The translations under genes were made by a program, and so were the position numbers. From the human T2T-CHM13v2.0 reference genome, Homo sapiens, in the NCBI RefSeq assembly GCF_009914755.1, contig NC_060944.1: a stretch of DNA of 64,000 nucleotides. One strand, 5' to 3'. The notes below the pieces were generated by a model, which did not search any database, was not told where the DNA came from, and was given only the letters and a program-made list of their open reading frames with translations. The number at the start of each line of letters is the position of its first letter. Position 1 is the stretch's first letter. This document shows positions 26,576 to 41,785 of this stretch, piece after piece.

Positions 26576-27549
26576 GTCCCCTCTTGTTCTTGTACCTGTT
26601 AGAATCTTTGGTTCTTGGAAGAATGGAGAATTTATTGGGAGATTATTAGGGAACACAGAATTGAGGCAAAGGCTGGAGAGGCAGGCTTGGAATCAGGCAG
26701 GAACCAGAAGAGAAGTTACCTGATTGTCAGGACCCCAACTATGGGATTAGCATCTCCACTAATTCTCCCACCCTTCATCATTCCACTCAGACGATAACGT
26801 CCCATATGGCGAGATGGTGAGGTCACACATCTCACTTCGGCTGTATGAGTGCAGTGAGAGGCAGGACCTAAGGAAAATGCACTCACAAGGGAGCAAAAAG
26901 GCCTGGCACCCCCAGAGCCAGTCGATCTCGGTTCAAATCCCAGTCTGCTACCTGCTAGCAAGTTTCCATTTCTCTGAGCCTTGCTTTTTCCCTGAAAGAG
27001 AGCTGGGAGCTGCATCTGTGTCTGGGCGTAAGGTTATGGTAAAGATTCAATGAAATATCTATGTAAAGTGCTTAGAACATTAGTACCTGGCATTCAGAAA
27101 ACATTCAATAAATGTTAGTGTTATTGTTATTATTTATTATTATTAATTTATTCTGCAGGGGAGGGGAGAACTATAATTTATTTTGGGAGATGTAGCAAAT
27201 CCCTAAGACTCCACAGGATGTGGAAATCAGGGTACTGTTAGGAAGGGGAGTAGGATACTGGGTGACTAAAGATGACAACTGTCCCCTCTAGCGGTGTTAT
27301 GAGGCTCCACCTTCATCATTCCTTTCCTGCGCACCTACTGTGTGCCAAGCCTAGTGCAGGCGAGGCAGAGACAGGTGTCAACAAGAGGGACTTGGTCCCT
27401 GCTCCCCTGGAGCTTGCCTTCTAGTTGGGGAGAGGCTGGCGATGAATAAGTGAATCAATAAATCACATGGTCATTTCTGAGTGCACCAAGTCCAAGATGC
27501 ATGAGAAAAAAAGGGACGAGATGCTACTTAGGGAGTGGAATGGGGATGA

Positions 27550-28032
<483 letters not shown>

Positions 28033-28607
28033 GGCTCCCAGTTCTTATTGTGCATCTTGGGCAAGTCGCTTCCCCTCTGTGAGCCTGATTTTTCACGTTG
28101 ATGCAATTAAGGCACCGAATGGATCATCAATTTCCCCAAAACACTTTAGCCTTTCTTTTTTTCCTTGTGAGACCCAAATAAAATAGATGAAGATGAGGAG
28201 GGCATACCAGAGTGTCACTTGCGAGATCAGCGTCTCTTTTACCTTCCCTCCGAGGCCCTGAGACACTTCTGCAGACACCTGAGCCTCCAAGGAGTCCCGC
28301 CTGGAAATCACAAGGGTACATAAAGGATGCTACAGTCATCTTGGAATAGACAGACCTGGCTGGAATCCTAGCTTTGCCCCTTACTTGCTGCATGACCGTG
28401 AGTCAGTCCCTTGACCTCTCTGAGCTGTCTGCATCATCTTGCCGGTGGGGATTGGAATTAGGAGATCAGATCTATGTTCAACAGCCCATGTTGTACCACT
28501 GATTTGCTCTGTGTCTTGCTGAGCCCCTCCCCTTCTCTGGGCCCCAAACCTGGTGACAGATTGGGATTTCCAGCCTCTCCTGGATCATCTCTAAAAGGGG
28601 CATGGCA

Positions 28608-29470
<863 letters not shown>

Positions 29471-29991
29471 CTAGGTAGGGTTCAGAATGGGTTCAGTGGG
29501 AATTGGAAGGTAAGCAGAAGGTGATTAGAAACAGCGTTTGTGGGCCTGATACCCCCTGAGTCCTCCTGATATGAGGACTGCAAGTCCAGGGGTCCAGGGT
29601 GTGACCGCAATGGTGGTGGTGGTCCCAGGGGTGACGTTTTCAAGGCCCCGAGCTCCTTGCAGTGGGATGAGCCTGCATGGCACATGGGCCCTGGCTTGGG
29701 GAGGCAGGCCCTTTGGTGAACCGGCTCAGGATCATGGGCCGGGAAGCACTAAGCCTCTGGATACTGACTATCTCTTCAGACACCACCACATCCAACACCA
29801 CGACAACCCGGCTTGGATCCTTACGGAGTGCTTCAGAGCACTGAACCAAAACCCCTGCACTGTGTATTGCACAAACCTCAGGCTCAAGCCTGCACATCTC
29901 TGCTTGCTGTCTGTGGGGGATGCTTCACAAACGAGTTCCCCTTTCTGGGTGTTATGAGAATTTTTCATGAGATATCTATCCTCCTTCTGTT

Positions 29992-30478
29992 TTTTTTTTT
30001 TAATTATACTTTAAGTTCTAGGGTACATGTGCACAACGTGCAGGTTTGTTACATATGTATACATGCGCCATGTTGGTGTGCTGCACCCATTAACTTGTCA
30101 TTTACATTAGGTATATCTCCTAACGCTATCCCTCCCTGCTCCACCCACCCCACAACAGGCCCCGGTGTGTGATGTTCCCCTTCCTGTGACCAAGTGTTCT
30201 CATCGTTCAATTCCCACCTGAGTGAGAACATGCGGTGTTTGGTTTTTTGTCCTTGCGATAGTTTGCTGAGAATGATGGTTTCCAGCTTCATCCTGTCCCT
30301 ACAAAAGACATGAACTCATCCTTTTTTATGGCTGCACAGTATTCCATGGTGTATATGTGCCACATTTTCTTAATCCAGTCTATCATTGATGGACACTTGG
30401 GTTGGTTCCAAGTCTTTGCTATTGTGAATAGTGCCGCAGTAAACATACGTGTTCATGTGTCTTTATAGCAGCATGATT
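29992..30478 (-). mobile_element. 5'-truncated L1PA (3' UTR and ORF2 end)
   Basis: ttattatactttaagttctagggtacatgtgcacaacgtgcagg terminus; TSD ctccttctgtt at 29981-29991 and 30479-30489. Confidence 0.95.
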
Positions 30479-30594
30479 CTCCTTCTGTTATTATTTGTAT
30501 TATTCCACAGTTGAGGCCACTGAGACTCAGAGATGTTAAGTGACTTACTCAAGCTCACACAGCTGGAAAGGGCAGGGCTGAGATTCAAGGTTAT

Positions 30595-30900
30595 TTATTC
30601 CAGTTATCTATTGCTGCATAACAAACCCATAACATAATGACTAACACAGGAACACATACTGTGTGCATAAATGTACAGTTTGGGTAGGGCTTGGCAGAGA
30701 GCTCATCTCTGCTCCTCTTGGCATTAGCTGGGCATGGAGTTTTCTGAAGGCTCATTCACCATGTGTTGGATGAGTGGTCTCGCTGTCCCCTGCAACCTTA
30801 GCTGAGTGCCTCTCCATAGGGTCTGGATTCCTTCCTCACAACATGCTACCTGTCTCCAGAGCCAGCATTCTCCCTCCCATCAAGGATTGAATGAGTCAAG
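30595..30900 (-). mobile_element. MLT1 LTR fragment
   Basis: cagttatctattgctgcataacaaac start, typical of an antisense MLT1. Confidence 0.65.
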
Positions 30901-30912
30901 AATAAAGCATTA

Positions 30913-31062
30913 AGCCAGGGGCAGTGTTTCACACCTGTACTTTGGGAGGCTAAGACAGGAGGATCGCTTGAGCCCGGGAGTTCGAGACCAGCCCAGGCAA
31001 CATAATGAGACCCTGTCTCTAACAACAGCAACAGCAAAATAGCCACAGTGAGCTATGATTGC
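30913..31062 (+). mobile_element. AluJ/FLAM fragment with internal deletion
   Basis: Left arm joined to cagtgagctatgattgca. Confidence 0.85.
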
Positions 31063-31152
31063 AAGGCAAGCAGGCAGGCAGGCAATCAGGCAGACAGGCA
31101 GGCAGGAAAGAAGGAAGGAAGGGAGGGAGGGAGGGAGGGAGGAAGGGCAGGC
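31063..31152. repeat. (GGCA)n/(GGAA)n/(GGGA)n compound repeat
   Basis: Direct reading; (GGGA)5 at 31121-31140 fits a G4 pattern. Confidence 0.9.
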
Positions 31153-31724
31153 AAAGAGCTGTCTGGAACTGAAAAGTCCCCGTATAGGATCCAAGCAGAA
31201 TGTTCTGTTCCTGAGCCCTGCAGGGCCCTGGTAAGCCTGGAGGTTAGGATGGAACCAGCTGTTTCCAGAACCTCCCTCCAAAAAAGAGGAGGATGGAGAA
31301 GGGACTGGCCCTGGAAGTCCTGAACTGGTCAGGTCAGGGAGCCAAACCGTAGAGGTTTCAGGCAGAAATGAGCCTTTCAAATGCCAGACTGCCCCTGATA
31401 CAGCTGTTCCTCTTAGAAGTCTTGGTTCAGGCCGAGAACCAGGAGCTGCCCTGCTTCCGCCTCTCGCCCCCACTGTCAACAGTGCCACCTCCCAAATGTG
31501 CTGCGTCCACACACTTCCTCAGCCCCCATGGTCACACCGCAACTCTGGCCTGGACTGGTGCAGTAGCCTCCTCACTGTCACTGGCCCAATTCTAACACAT
31601 TCCCACTCAGCAGCCAGAGATCTTTTGAAAGTGTAAATCAAACATCACATCGCATCACTTGGCTGTTCAAACATCTGAGGACTTCTTGTCCTTAGAATTA
31701 AATTCGAAGACAAGAAACAAAAAC

Positions 31725-32214
<490 letters not shown>

Positions 32215-32417
32215 CTACAAGACAGCACTGCATCTCACCTTGCCCTCCCTGCTCCCTCTGCCTGGAACCATCTCCCACATTTATCTGTGCTTGGCTGGTT
32301 TCCTCTTGTCCTTCTGGTCTCAGTATGGAGGTTGCCTTCTTGGAGAGGTGCTCTGACCACGTGGTTCAAATCAGTCCCGACCCCCACCTTAGATCTTTAT
32401 TATCTGGTGACATCACT

Positions 32418-32425
32418 TTATTTGT

Positions 32426-32460
<35 letters not shown>
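32418..32460. repeat. (TTTA)n
   Basis: Direct reading. Confidence 0.9.
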
Positions 32461-34094
32461 CTTGCTTTTTTCTTTGCTCCCCTCTACTGAGCTCTGGTCT
32501 CTTGAGCTGGTCCCAAGTATCAGAGTCAGGGCTTGGCACAGAGTAGACACACAATAAGCCGAGTGAGAGTCTAATGAACACACACACACCTCACTTGGAG
32601 CGCTCTCACTCGTGTCCACTCAATCATATGCTGAGACCCTCTGCCACACTTGCAAACACAGACACACACTTCTCCACCCCTGGACACGTCCTGCGCGGGA
32701 GCTCCGAGATGCGTGAGCGCCTGTAACCAGGGATGCTGCCGCCCCCTCCTGGAAAGATTGGGAAAGTACAGCCAGAGTCTTTCTGGGAAACCACTCCAAT
32801 GCTAACCTCAGGCTAATCCTAACTCCCCTTCCTTGCAGACAGCTGTCCCTGCCCAGGCAGGGTCTTCAGATCATTTCTGATATTTGGCCTAGGGCCTGGG
32901 CTGTATGTTCTTACCAGGTGCGGAGGAAGGAAGGAAGGAAGGGAGGGAGGGGAGGGGAGGGGAGTGGAGGAAACTGACGCAGGTAAGAGCATTCACCTCT
33001 TTCCCTCTCCAAGGCTCAGTTTCAGGATCATTGTCACAGGTCTGACACGAATCATGTGCAATAATTTTTTGTACATTCATAGGTTTGGAACACGGTATAA
33101 AGGGCCTTGAATGCCAGAATGAAGCCTTGGGTTTTATCCTGCAGTCGTTGGGAGCCACTAAGAGTTTCTGAGCAAGAGAGGGACAGGATCCGAACTGTGC
33201 TTTGGAAAGATGAACCAGCCGGTGTGCATTCATGCATTCACTCATTCGTTCATTCATTCATTCATCTGACCAAAATGTGCTTTAAACATCTTTTGCATGC
33301 CGGGCCCTGGGAATGCAGCAGTGACCAGAGGTGCTGTTGGACTTCATGGAGCTCATGGCCTCGAGTGACATGTGTGGGAGTGGACATTTGGACACAGAGG
33401 AGGCATCACCCCAGTCCTAGGCAAGGTGAGCCCTGGGGCAACATAAGGCTCACATAGGCGCCTTAGCTTCTGCCCTGTATGTAGACAGAGCAGGGTGGGA
33501 GTCAACTAAGCCACTGATTTAAGTACAGACCCTGGGACAGGGGCAAGCCTGTTGGTCCTCAGCTCCCATCCTAGGTCATGAGAGGCCAACTTGACCAACG
33601 CAGGAGGTGTATCTGTTCATTCCCCTCCCCAATCAAATAGATGCAAATAACATGCAAGAGGTCCGAATTTAAAGTATGTTAGTGTTAAATAAATGTATTA
33701 TGGTCTGCCTGGCGCAATTATAGTCAAACTCAACATGTAGGATGTGACCCACATGAAATACTGAACCGATTTTAGTATCAGACAGCATACTCACTTTGGA
33801 GACGAGAAGAGGCAGAGGCCCAGGGACACACCATATGGAGAGATGCACACACGGGCAGGTGTTCATGAATTTACTGCATTCAGGAGGTGAGAAGAAAAAA
33901 GAGACAGATTTCATTTTCAGCTCTGGCTGGAGTTACGGTCCTTCCTTTGAAGGAACATGGATGAGGAGCTAGAAGTCCTAGGTACTAGTCCCCACCACAG
34001 CCACTTGGTAGCTGTGTCAATTCTAACTGGCCACTGTATTCTCATCTGTACAATGGGTCCAATGACAGGGAAGCATGAAGGAGACCATGGAGGT

Positions 34095-34520
34095 GTCTTA
34101 GGTTGGGATCTCCAGAAGTTGACCCTGAACCAAGGATTCCTGTGAAAATGACTTACTGTGTGTGAAGTATTTCCAGGAACAGCTAGAGGAAGGGGAAGCA
34201 GGCAGGGCCAGCAAGACCATGCCCCACCAGGTCTGTCCTGCAAAGGAGGTGGCATAAGTCATACCTCAGAGTTGGCCCATTTCGGGGGCAAGGGAGCTGG
34301 GGTATTCATACTCCTGTGCTCATTGGTAATTAGAGGGAGTAAATTCCCCTCTGGAGGACATACCTTTCCAGGCACTTCCAGCTCTCCATACGTACAGGCA
34401 AAGCTGGGTCGAGCAGGCTACGAACTGTCCTCTGAAAGACACAGGTGCTGGCTGCTGGGAGTGAGAGCATCCTGGGAGCTGCTGTACACAGTATGGGACC
34501 CAAGGGATGGTCTACTGTAG
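34095..34520 (-). mobile_element. ERVL-type LTR (LTR16/LTR33-like)
   Basis: taggttgggatctccagaagttgaccctgaaccaaggattc resembles antisense LTR16/33 ends; family uncertain. Confidence 0.5.
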
Positions 34521-34699
34521 GACGGGAAGTGCTTTGTAAACTGTGAAGTGTGGTACTGGGATTGAGGAGGGTCCTCATCTGGGACTTCCTGCAGCTCACT
34601 GATCCGTCTCAGCCAAGTTGTCTTTCCTCGTGGGTCTATTTCTTCCTGGGCAATTGAAGGCAACAACACACACGGATTGTCATGGGTGGAGGGGTGTGG

Positions 34700-35110
34700 T
34701 GAAATGGTAACTACTCTGGTGGTGAGGCTGTGGAGAGGCGTGCACCTTTATGCACTGCTGGTGGGAGTGTAAATTGGCGTAACGTTCTATGGAAGGCAAT
34801 GTGGCAATGTCTATCAAATTACAAATTCACAAATCCTTCAACCCAGCAATTGTATTTATAGGATTTTGTCCTACAATAGATACTCACACACATGAAACAA
34901 CATGACAAGCTTATCCGCTGCAACTCTGTAATTGCAAATAAATTAAAACAATTATTGAATAAATTATATACACTCATGAAATGGAATATCCTACAACAAT
35001 AATAACAATAAAAAGGAGAATGAGGAAGTGGCCTCTGTATTGTTACTGGATGATCTCCAAGCCCCATAGTTAAGTTACAAAAAAGCAAGATAAAGAACTA
35101 CATATGATAT
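34700..35110 (+). mobile_element. L1ME-type 3' fragment
   Basis: gcactgctggtgggagtgtaaattgg...ggaaggcaatgtggcaat motif. Confidence 0.7.
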
Positions 35111-35265
35111 TTCTTTAACAAATTCTTCTATAGCCAAGTATTGTCTTAGGTGCTTTACAAATATGAATCCACTTAGTCCTCCTGACACTCCTGAGATAAA
35201 TATTATTATGTCCATTTTACAGATGTGAAAACTGAGGCACACAGGTTAAGTAATTTTTTAAAAAA

Positions 35266-35438
35266 CAGGTGTGCACCACCATGCCTAGCTAATTAAAAAA
35301 CATATATATATATATATTTTGTACATATGGGATCTTGCTATGTTGCCAGAGCAGGTCTTGAACTCCTGGGCTTAAGCCATCCTCCTGCCTTGGCCTCCCA
35401 AAGTGTTGGAATTACAGGCGTGAGCCACCACACCCAGC
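35266..35438 (-). mobile_element. Partial AluJ inside a MIR
   Basis: Antisense left arm plus linker; TSD aggtt(a/t)agtaatt. Confidence 0.85.
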
Positions 35439-35534
35439 AGGTTTAGTAATTAGATGAAGGTCAGGAAGCTAGTAAATGGCAAAACTAGGATTTGAAGAGG
35501 AAGGGGCTCCAGGAGCTGTGTTTTTTGTTTCAGC

Positions 35535-35858
35535 TTTATTATTATTATTATTAATTTTGAAAGTTTTGGGGGAACAGGTGGTATTTGGTTACATGAAGAA
35601 GTTCTTTAGTTGTGATTTCTGAGATTTTGGTGCACCCATCACCCGAGCAGCGTATACTGTACCCAGTGGTTAGTCGTTTGTCCCTCACCCCTCCCACCCT
35701 TCCCCGAGTCCCCATAGTCCATTGTATCATTCTTATCCCTTTCTGTCCTCACAGCTTAGCCCCCACTTATAAGTGAGAAGATACAATGTTTGGTTTTCCA
35801 TTCCTGAGTTGCTTTACTTACAATAATGGTATCCAGCTCCATCCAGGTTGCTGCAAAG
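35535..35858 (-). mobile_element. L1PB-type 3' end
   Basis: gggggaacaggtggtatttggttacatga...gagattttggtgcacccatcacccgagcag. Confidence 0.85.
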
Positions 35859-36287
35859 GACCTGTGCCTTTGTGTTACTAGGTTGTATTTCCTCTCTGTA
35901 GCTGAAGATTACTCCTAACTAATCATAACTCCATTTCCCAGTGATTGGTTTGGCAGTGATTGGTTTGAGGAGGGAACACAGCCCAATTCTGGCCAATGAG
36001 ATATGAGGGGATGTCTGCTAGGGAACTTCCAGGCAAGATTTTCTCACTGATGAAAAGGGATGTCCGGGGAGTCCATCTCCTCTGCTTCTTGAAGTCATGG
36101 TGAAGCTGTGGATGGAGCAGCCACCTAGTGATTGGGAGAGTCCAAGCCTGAAGTCAGAGGCCCACACACTGAGGATGGAGGAATGGGAAGACAGGCATAA
36201 CCTGGGACCCTATAGTCATTGGGCCACTGAGATAACCAACCCTGGGCGTCTTGATTTGTGTGATGATAGACATCTTTACTGCTTAAG

Positions 36288-36455
36288 GCAGTGGATCTCA
36301 AACTGGAGTGGGCATTAACATCACCTGTTAAAGCACAGGTGGTTGAACTCCACCCCCAGAATTTCTGATTCAGTAGGTAAAGCCAAGAACTGGCCTTTCT
36401 AACAAGGTGATGCTGATGCCAGCTGGTCTGGGAACCACACTTGGAAAACCATCAG
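36288..36455 (+). mobile_element. MER5A (hAT-Charlie)
   Basis: cagtggatctcaaact...ttctgattcagtagg...gggaaccacactt. Confidence 0.8.
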
Positions 36456-36501
36456 TATAAAGCATTTTAAGTTAGAGTTTTCGTTCATTAACAAAGGAAG
36501 C

Positions 36502-36637
36502 AGCCAGGCATGGTAGAGCTCACCTGTAATTTACATGCAGCTGCTCTGGAGGCCGAGGCAGAAGGATTGCTTGAGCCCAGGAGTTTGAAGCCAGCTTGGG
36601 CAACATAGAGAGACCCCCATCTTTAATTATGTAAAAA
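36502..36637 (+). mobile_element. FLAM/Alu monomer
   Basis: Single left-arm-like unit. Confidence 0.8.
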
Positions 36638-37681
36638 GCCAGAGGCATCCTGTGACCTTGAGTGACGTGCCTTTCAAATCCTCTGGAGTAAGGGGTGCCA
36701 GGGGTTGGGAGTCAGAGCCCCAGAGCAGGGGCCAGGAGCCCAGGATTCTCCAACCCTCCTTGTGACCTTGTGCAATTCATTTCTTCTCTGCAGGGTCTGC
36801 TCCCATCTGTCATGGGAAGGAGGTCAGATGAGACCACAGCTAACTTTCCTTCTGGCTCCAACACTCTGTGTTCCAGGATTCTCCAGAATGGAACAGTCTG
36901 ACCTTGGGGATTCTAGCAGGATCAAGTCAGGTCCCCTTCATCATCCCCTCTCTCCCTCTCATGCCCCGGGAGGCTTCCACTCCTGCAGCATCAGGCACTG
37001 GGAGGCAGAGTCCAGCTCCACAGTCATTTTTAACATATTAAAGTTCTGGAGAAAGCTCATTTGAAGCCTGTGTTTGTGCCGGGAGAAGAGAGGCCAGAGC
37101 CAAGCCTCTCCCCACGGGGGTTTCATCTCCCCCGGCTTGAGCAGAAATGTGTCGTCACAAGCAAGCATCCAAAAGGCACGGTGCCCACGCCTGCGGGACC
37201 ACTCCACTCCCTAGGGGTTCTGAATATGAAGTCTAAACAGACTTTGGCAGTTTCTTCCTCTGTATTCAATCAGCCTCCGAGTACTCTCTTTCACCCCCTA
37301 AGTCTCATTCAAATCTGCCAGGCTCACTATCTCTTTGCCTCAGATTCTTGGAACAGGCTCAGACAGGTCTCGCTGCCACGGTCTTGCCCCCTGTGCCCTC
37401 CTGCCCCACTCTTAACACGTGATATGGCCTTTGGATAAAGTCTAGACTCCTGAGCATGGGAGACCCACAATGCCCTTCAGTGTGGCCCCTGCCACTTTCT
37501 CTGGCACCCCATACCCTCTGTGCTCCAACCGAACCAAAGTACTACAGTTTCTGGAACATACTGGGCTCCCTTTCATCTCTGAGCCTCTACACATGCTGTG
37601 TCTCCTTCATGGAACACAGAGCTCTGCAGCCTACCTGCCTTCATGCAGCACCCCCGGTCTCAGTGGGGATATCATTCCAGG

Positions 37682-38103
<422 letters not shown>

Positions 38104-38489
38104 TCAGTACTGATGGCCTGCAGTGGGTTTGTCTATTTTTCTCCTCCCACTAGACGATGAGTACCAGGGGGTAGGACTCCCTTCTGTCTTGTTCCAGGTA
38201 TGTCCTGGATGCCTGGCATAGAGCTGGCAAAGTAGGCACTTCAGAACTATTTGTTGAATTGCCATTCAGTGTGTAAACAATCTGTTCAACAAATGTTTTT
38301 CCAGAGCCTCTGATGTGCCAGGCACAATCCTAGGTACTTGGACTACATCAGTGGACCAGAGTCCCTCGCTCCTAAGCGTGTACATTCCAGCAGGGAAGAC
38401 ACACAGTGCACGCTTTGCAGTGGGTTCTCTCAGAAGCAGGCCCTGAGTTAGGATTTGAGCATAAGTAGATTGTTTGAGAGAGACAGGAA

Positions 38490-38699
38490 GCACCTGGTTC
38501 TCAGGCCTTCAGACTCAGATTGGAACTAACCACGCCACCAGTTTTCCTGGGCCTCCTCCAGCTTGCAAACAGCAGATAGCGGGACTTGTCCGCCTCCATA
38601 ATCACGTGAGCCAATCCCTCGTAATAAATCATTTTCTATCTATGTCTATGTGTAGATATCCCTTTGCTTCTGTTTCTCTGGAGAACATTGATGACTACA
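38490..38699 (+). mobile_element. MLT2 (ERVL) LTR 3' part
   Basis: cctccataatcacgtgagccaatccc...aataaatc...ttctgtttctctggagaac. Confidence 0.85.
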
Positions 38700-40944
38700 C
38701 GGCTGGCGTCTCACCTGCGGAGCGAGGGGAATGGTGGTATCTATCCAGCACCTTTTGTTCTTTAGTGGCCAAGGGCTGCTCCCAGGGCCCTCAGCTCCTG
38801 GGCACTTCTGGGCTGGCCCGTGCAGGCTGAGCAGCTCCTGCAGCTGGAGGAAGTCCTCAGGCAGAGTCAGTGGTGCTGCCGTGAGCAGCTATGAGCGGAG
38901 AGAAGGGTGGAAGGGCCCTGAGGGATGCAGGAGTGCCAGAAATACACTAAAAATGAAGTGGGTCCTAGTGAGAGCTGTAAGTGGAGCACAGTGAAGGGGG
39001 CTGGGTGTGCATGTGGAGAGAGGTCTCAGAATGCACTTGACCTGGAACTGACCTCTCAGACCTCAGTCCACCCACAGGTCTTGGCAGCAGCCGGTGCCCC
39101 CGACACTCAGTCCCTAACCTACCTGCACTCCTGCCCCACCTCAGCCCTTGGTCTCATGCCGTGGTATTTTCCTTTTAGCCTTTAATTCTAGCCATAAATT
39201 ACAATTTCACAGACACCAATGGCATGAGAGATGAGGACCCAGATTGCCAGAGACTTTTAATTTGCTGTCAACAGTCCCTCCACTGGCCCTGCCAATCTAG
39301 GAGAGCTCCATCTACCCCTCCCTCGGGCCTGATGACCTGGAGCAGCCTCCTACTGTCCCGATGTGGAGGAGGGTGCTAACCGCGGTGATGTCAGCGGAGC
39401 CTCAGCTTCCACAGACGGTACGCATGCCTGGGACACAGAGACCGGCTGCCCCAGTGAAATCACATTTGTCTTGATTTTGCCTTGATCTGCAGCCCTCGCA
39501 TAAAAACAGGATTCTGAGGTTCAGCACAGCTGATGCACAAGGCCGGGTTCTAATTTGCTTCTGTGAGGACTGAGTCGCCCACTTTGAGCCGGAACAGCCC
39601 CCCTCCCACTGCCCCACACAATCACTTGCAAAAGGAGAATGATGCACGCTCACCTGGACAGTACGTAGCACACATACCTGATTGTTTCCTAAGTCTTTTC
39701 ACATCTATGATCTTGTTTGCCCCCCAAACCAGCCTACGGCTTTAGTGGAAGAAGTGTTGATATTCCTGTCTCAGAAATCAGGAAACAGACATTCAGGCCA
39801 TTAAGACAAGGTTGCCCAGCTAGTAAGTGTTGGGTAAGTCTAGAACCCAAATTTCCTAAGCCTTTATTCAATGCCTTCTCCATGACACCAAGCTGTGTCT
39901 GCCTTCCACGAGCCCTCTAGTAGGGATAAGATCTTGGAGAAGCAGTTTTTAAATATTTTTTAATTGAAATATAACATAGATCATAAACATACAGCTCTAT
40001 GAATTTCACAGAATGAACATACCCATATATCCAGCATCCAACATCCAGGCCAAGAAACAGACCATGTCCTCCAGAAGCTTGGCCACCACCCATCACTATT
40101 CATGGGCAAGTACTTTTACTTCCAGTTTTGCCTTTTAGCCACATCTTTATCCCCAGGGTATAACCCTTCAAGAATTTCCATTCTTGGTGGGGGAAGAGCA
40201 AAACCGTTTCTGAGTGGACATAGTTTAATGATCAAAGCTCTAGGCTGCGAGTCAGGAGGCTGAGTTCTCTTGTGACTTGGCTCCAAACTCACTGTGTGAC
40301 TCTGGGCATGTCATCTGTCTTCCCTGGACCTCAGTTTCCCCATCAAAAAAACCTCAGTGATTTCCTCCGGCCTCTCTGCTTAGAACTGGAGCTGGAACCC
40401 CTCTTTGTGGGCCTGAAGTTTTAGTTTCCTATGGGACCCCAGCTTTCTGCAGCAGCTGACGGCCTAAGCACAGTCCATACGGACCCCTAGTAACTGGCCT
40501 GTATGGTCTCTGTGGGGCTGGGCGCAGCATATGCTTGTCCCCTTTGGAAGTTGCTAATAGAAGTCCCTAATGGGTGTGTGTTCTGTTTAGGATGAGAACG
40601 GCTAATGCCTTTTTGGAATGGACCAGTCCCCCATAATTGCCAATACCTGTAAACTTTTCCTGAGTGCTTACTGTATCCTAGGAACTCTGCTAAGGGCTCT
40701 ACGTACATATCTCGTTTCATCTCCCAACACTCTGATGAATAGATATTATTCTTATCTCTTGTGTATAAGCTAGGGACCCCTTTGCAAGTAAAAGAGTGCC
40801 TTCTTTAAAACAGGACATTTAACTGTATAATCATATAATGAAGTCTGAAGGAGGCCTGTTCTACATTGTTGCAACAGCTCAAGAAAGGTGTCATCTCTGG
40901 CCAGACTTTTTCTGTTTTTCTACTAACCATCCTTGTCTGTTGTG

Positions 40945-41330
40945 CTCGATTGCAAATGGCCCCATCAAAACATAGAGTCTGTTTCTCCACCTTCTGAACC
41001 CAGGCTGGCTATGTGACTGTCTTTGATCAGTAGAATGCAAAGGAAGTAAGAGTGTAAATGTTCTAAGCCTGGGCCTCCACTCTTGTCCTCTTGAGGTGTT
41101 GCTGCCGTGTGAACAAGCCTGGGTCAACCTCCACCTCACGGAGGGAGACTCAGCCATTCCATTGGACACCCCAGACATAAAAAGAATCCCAGGCAATACC
41201 ATGTGGAGCAGAGATAAGTCATCCCAACTGAATCCAGCCCAAATTTCTGACCCACAGAATCCTAAGCAATAAATGTTATTTTAAGCGACTACATTTCAGA
41301 ATATTTTGTTTGCAAAGCTAACTGATACAG
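40945..41330 (+). mobile_element. MLT1 LTR
   Basis: ggctggctatgtgactgtctttgatcagtagaatg and ccagcccaaatttctgacccacagaatc...ctaactgataca. Confidence 0.75.
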
Positions 41331-41482
41331 CTGTGTTGGCTTTTTGTCCTCAGGTTTGTTGTCTGTCTCATGGTTGCAAAATAGCTGCTGTCATTTCATA
41401 AAACCAAAGTCAAAGAAGGAAGAAGGGGATGGATTAAAAAGGAAGTGTTTTCTTGCAATGCTCCTCAATTTTATCAGGAATA

Positions 41483-41785
<303 letters not shown>

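Noticed and set aside
30910-31512. 200-aa minus-strand ORF
   Set aside because: Built from simple repeats and an Alu fragment.
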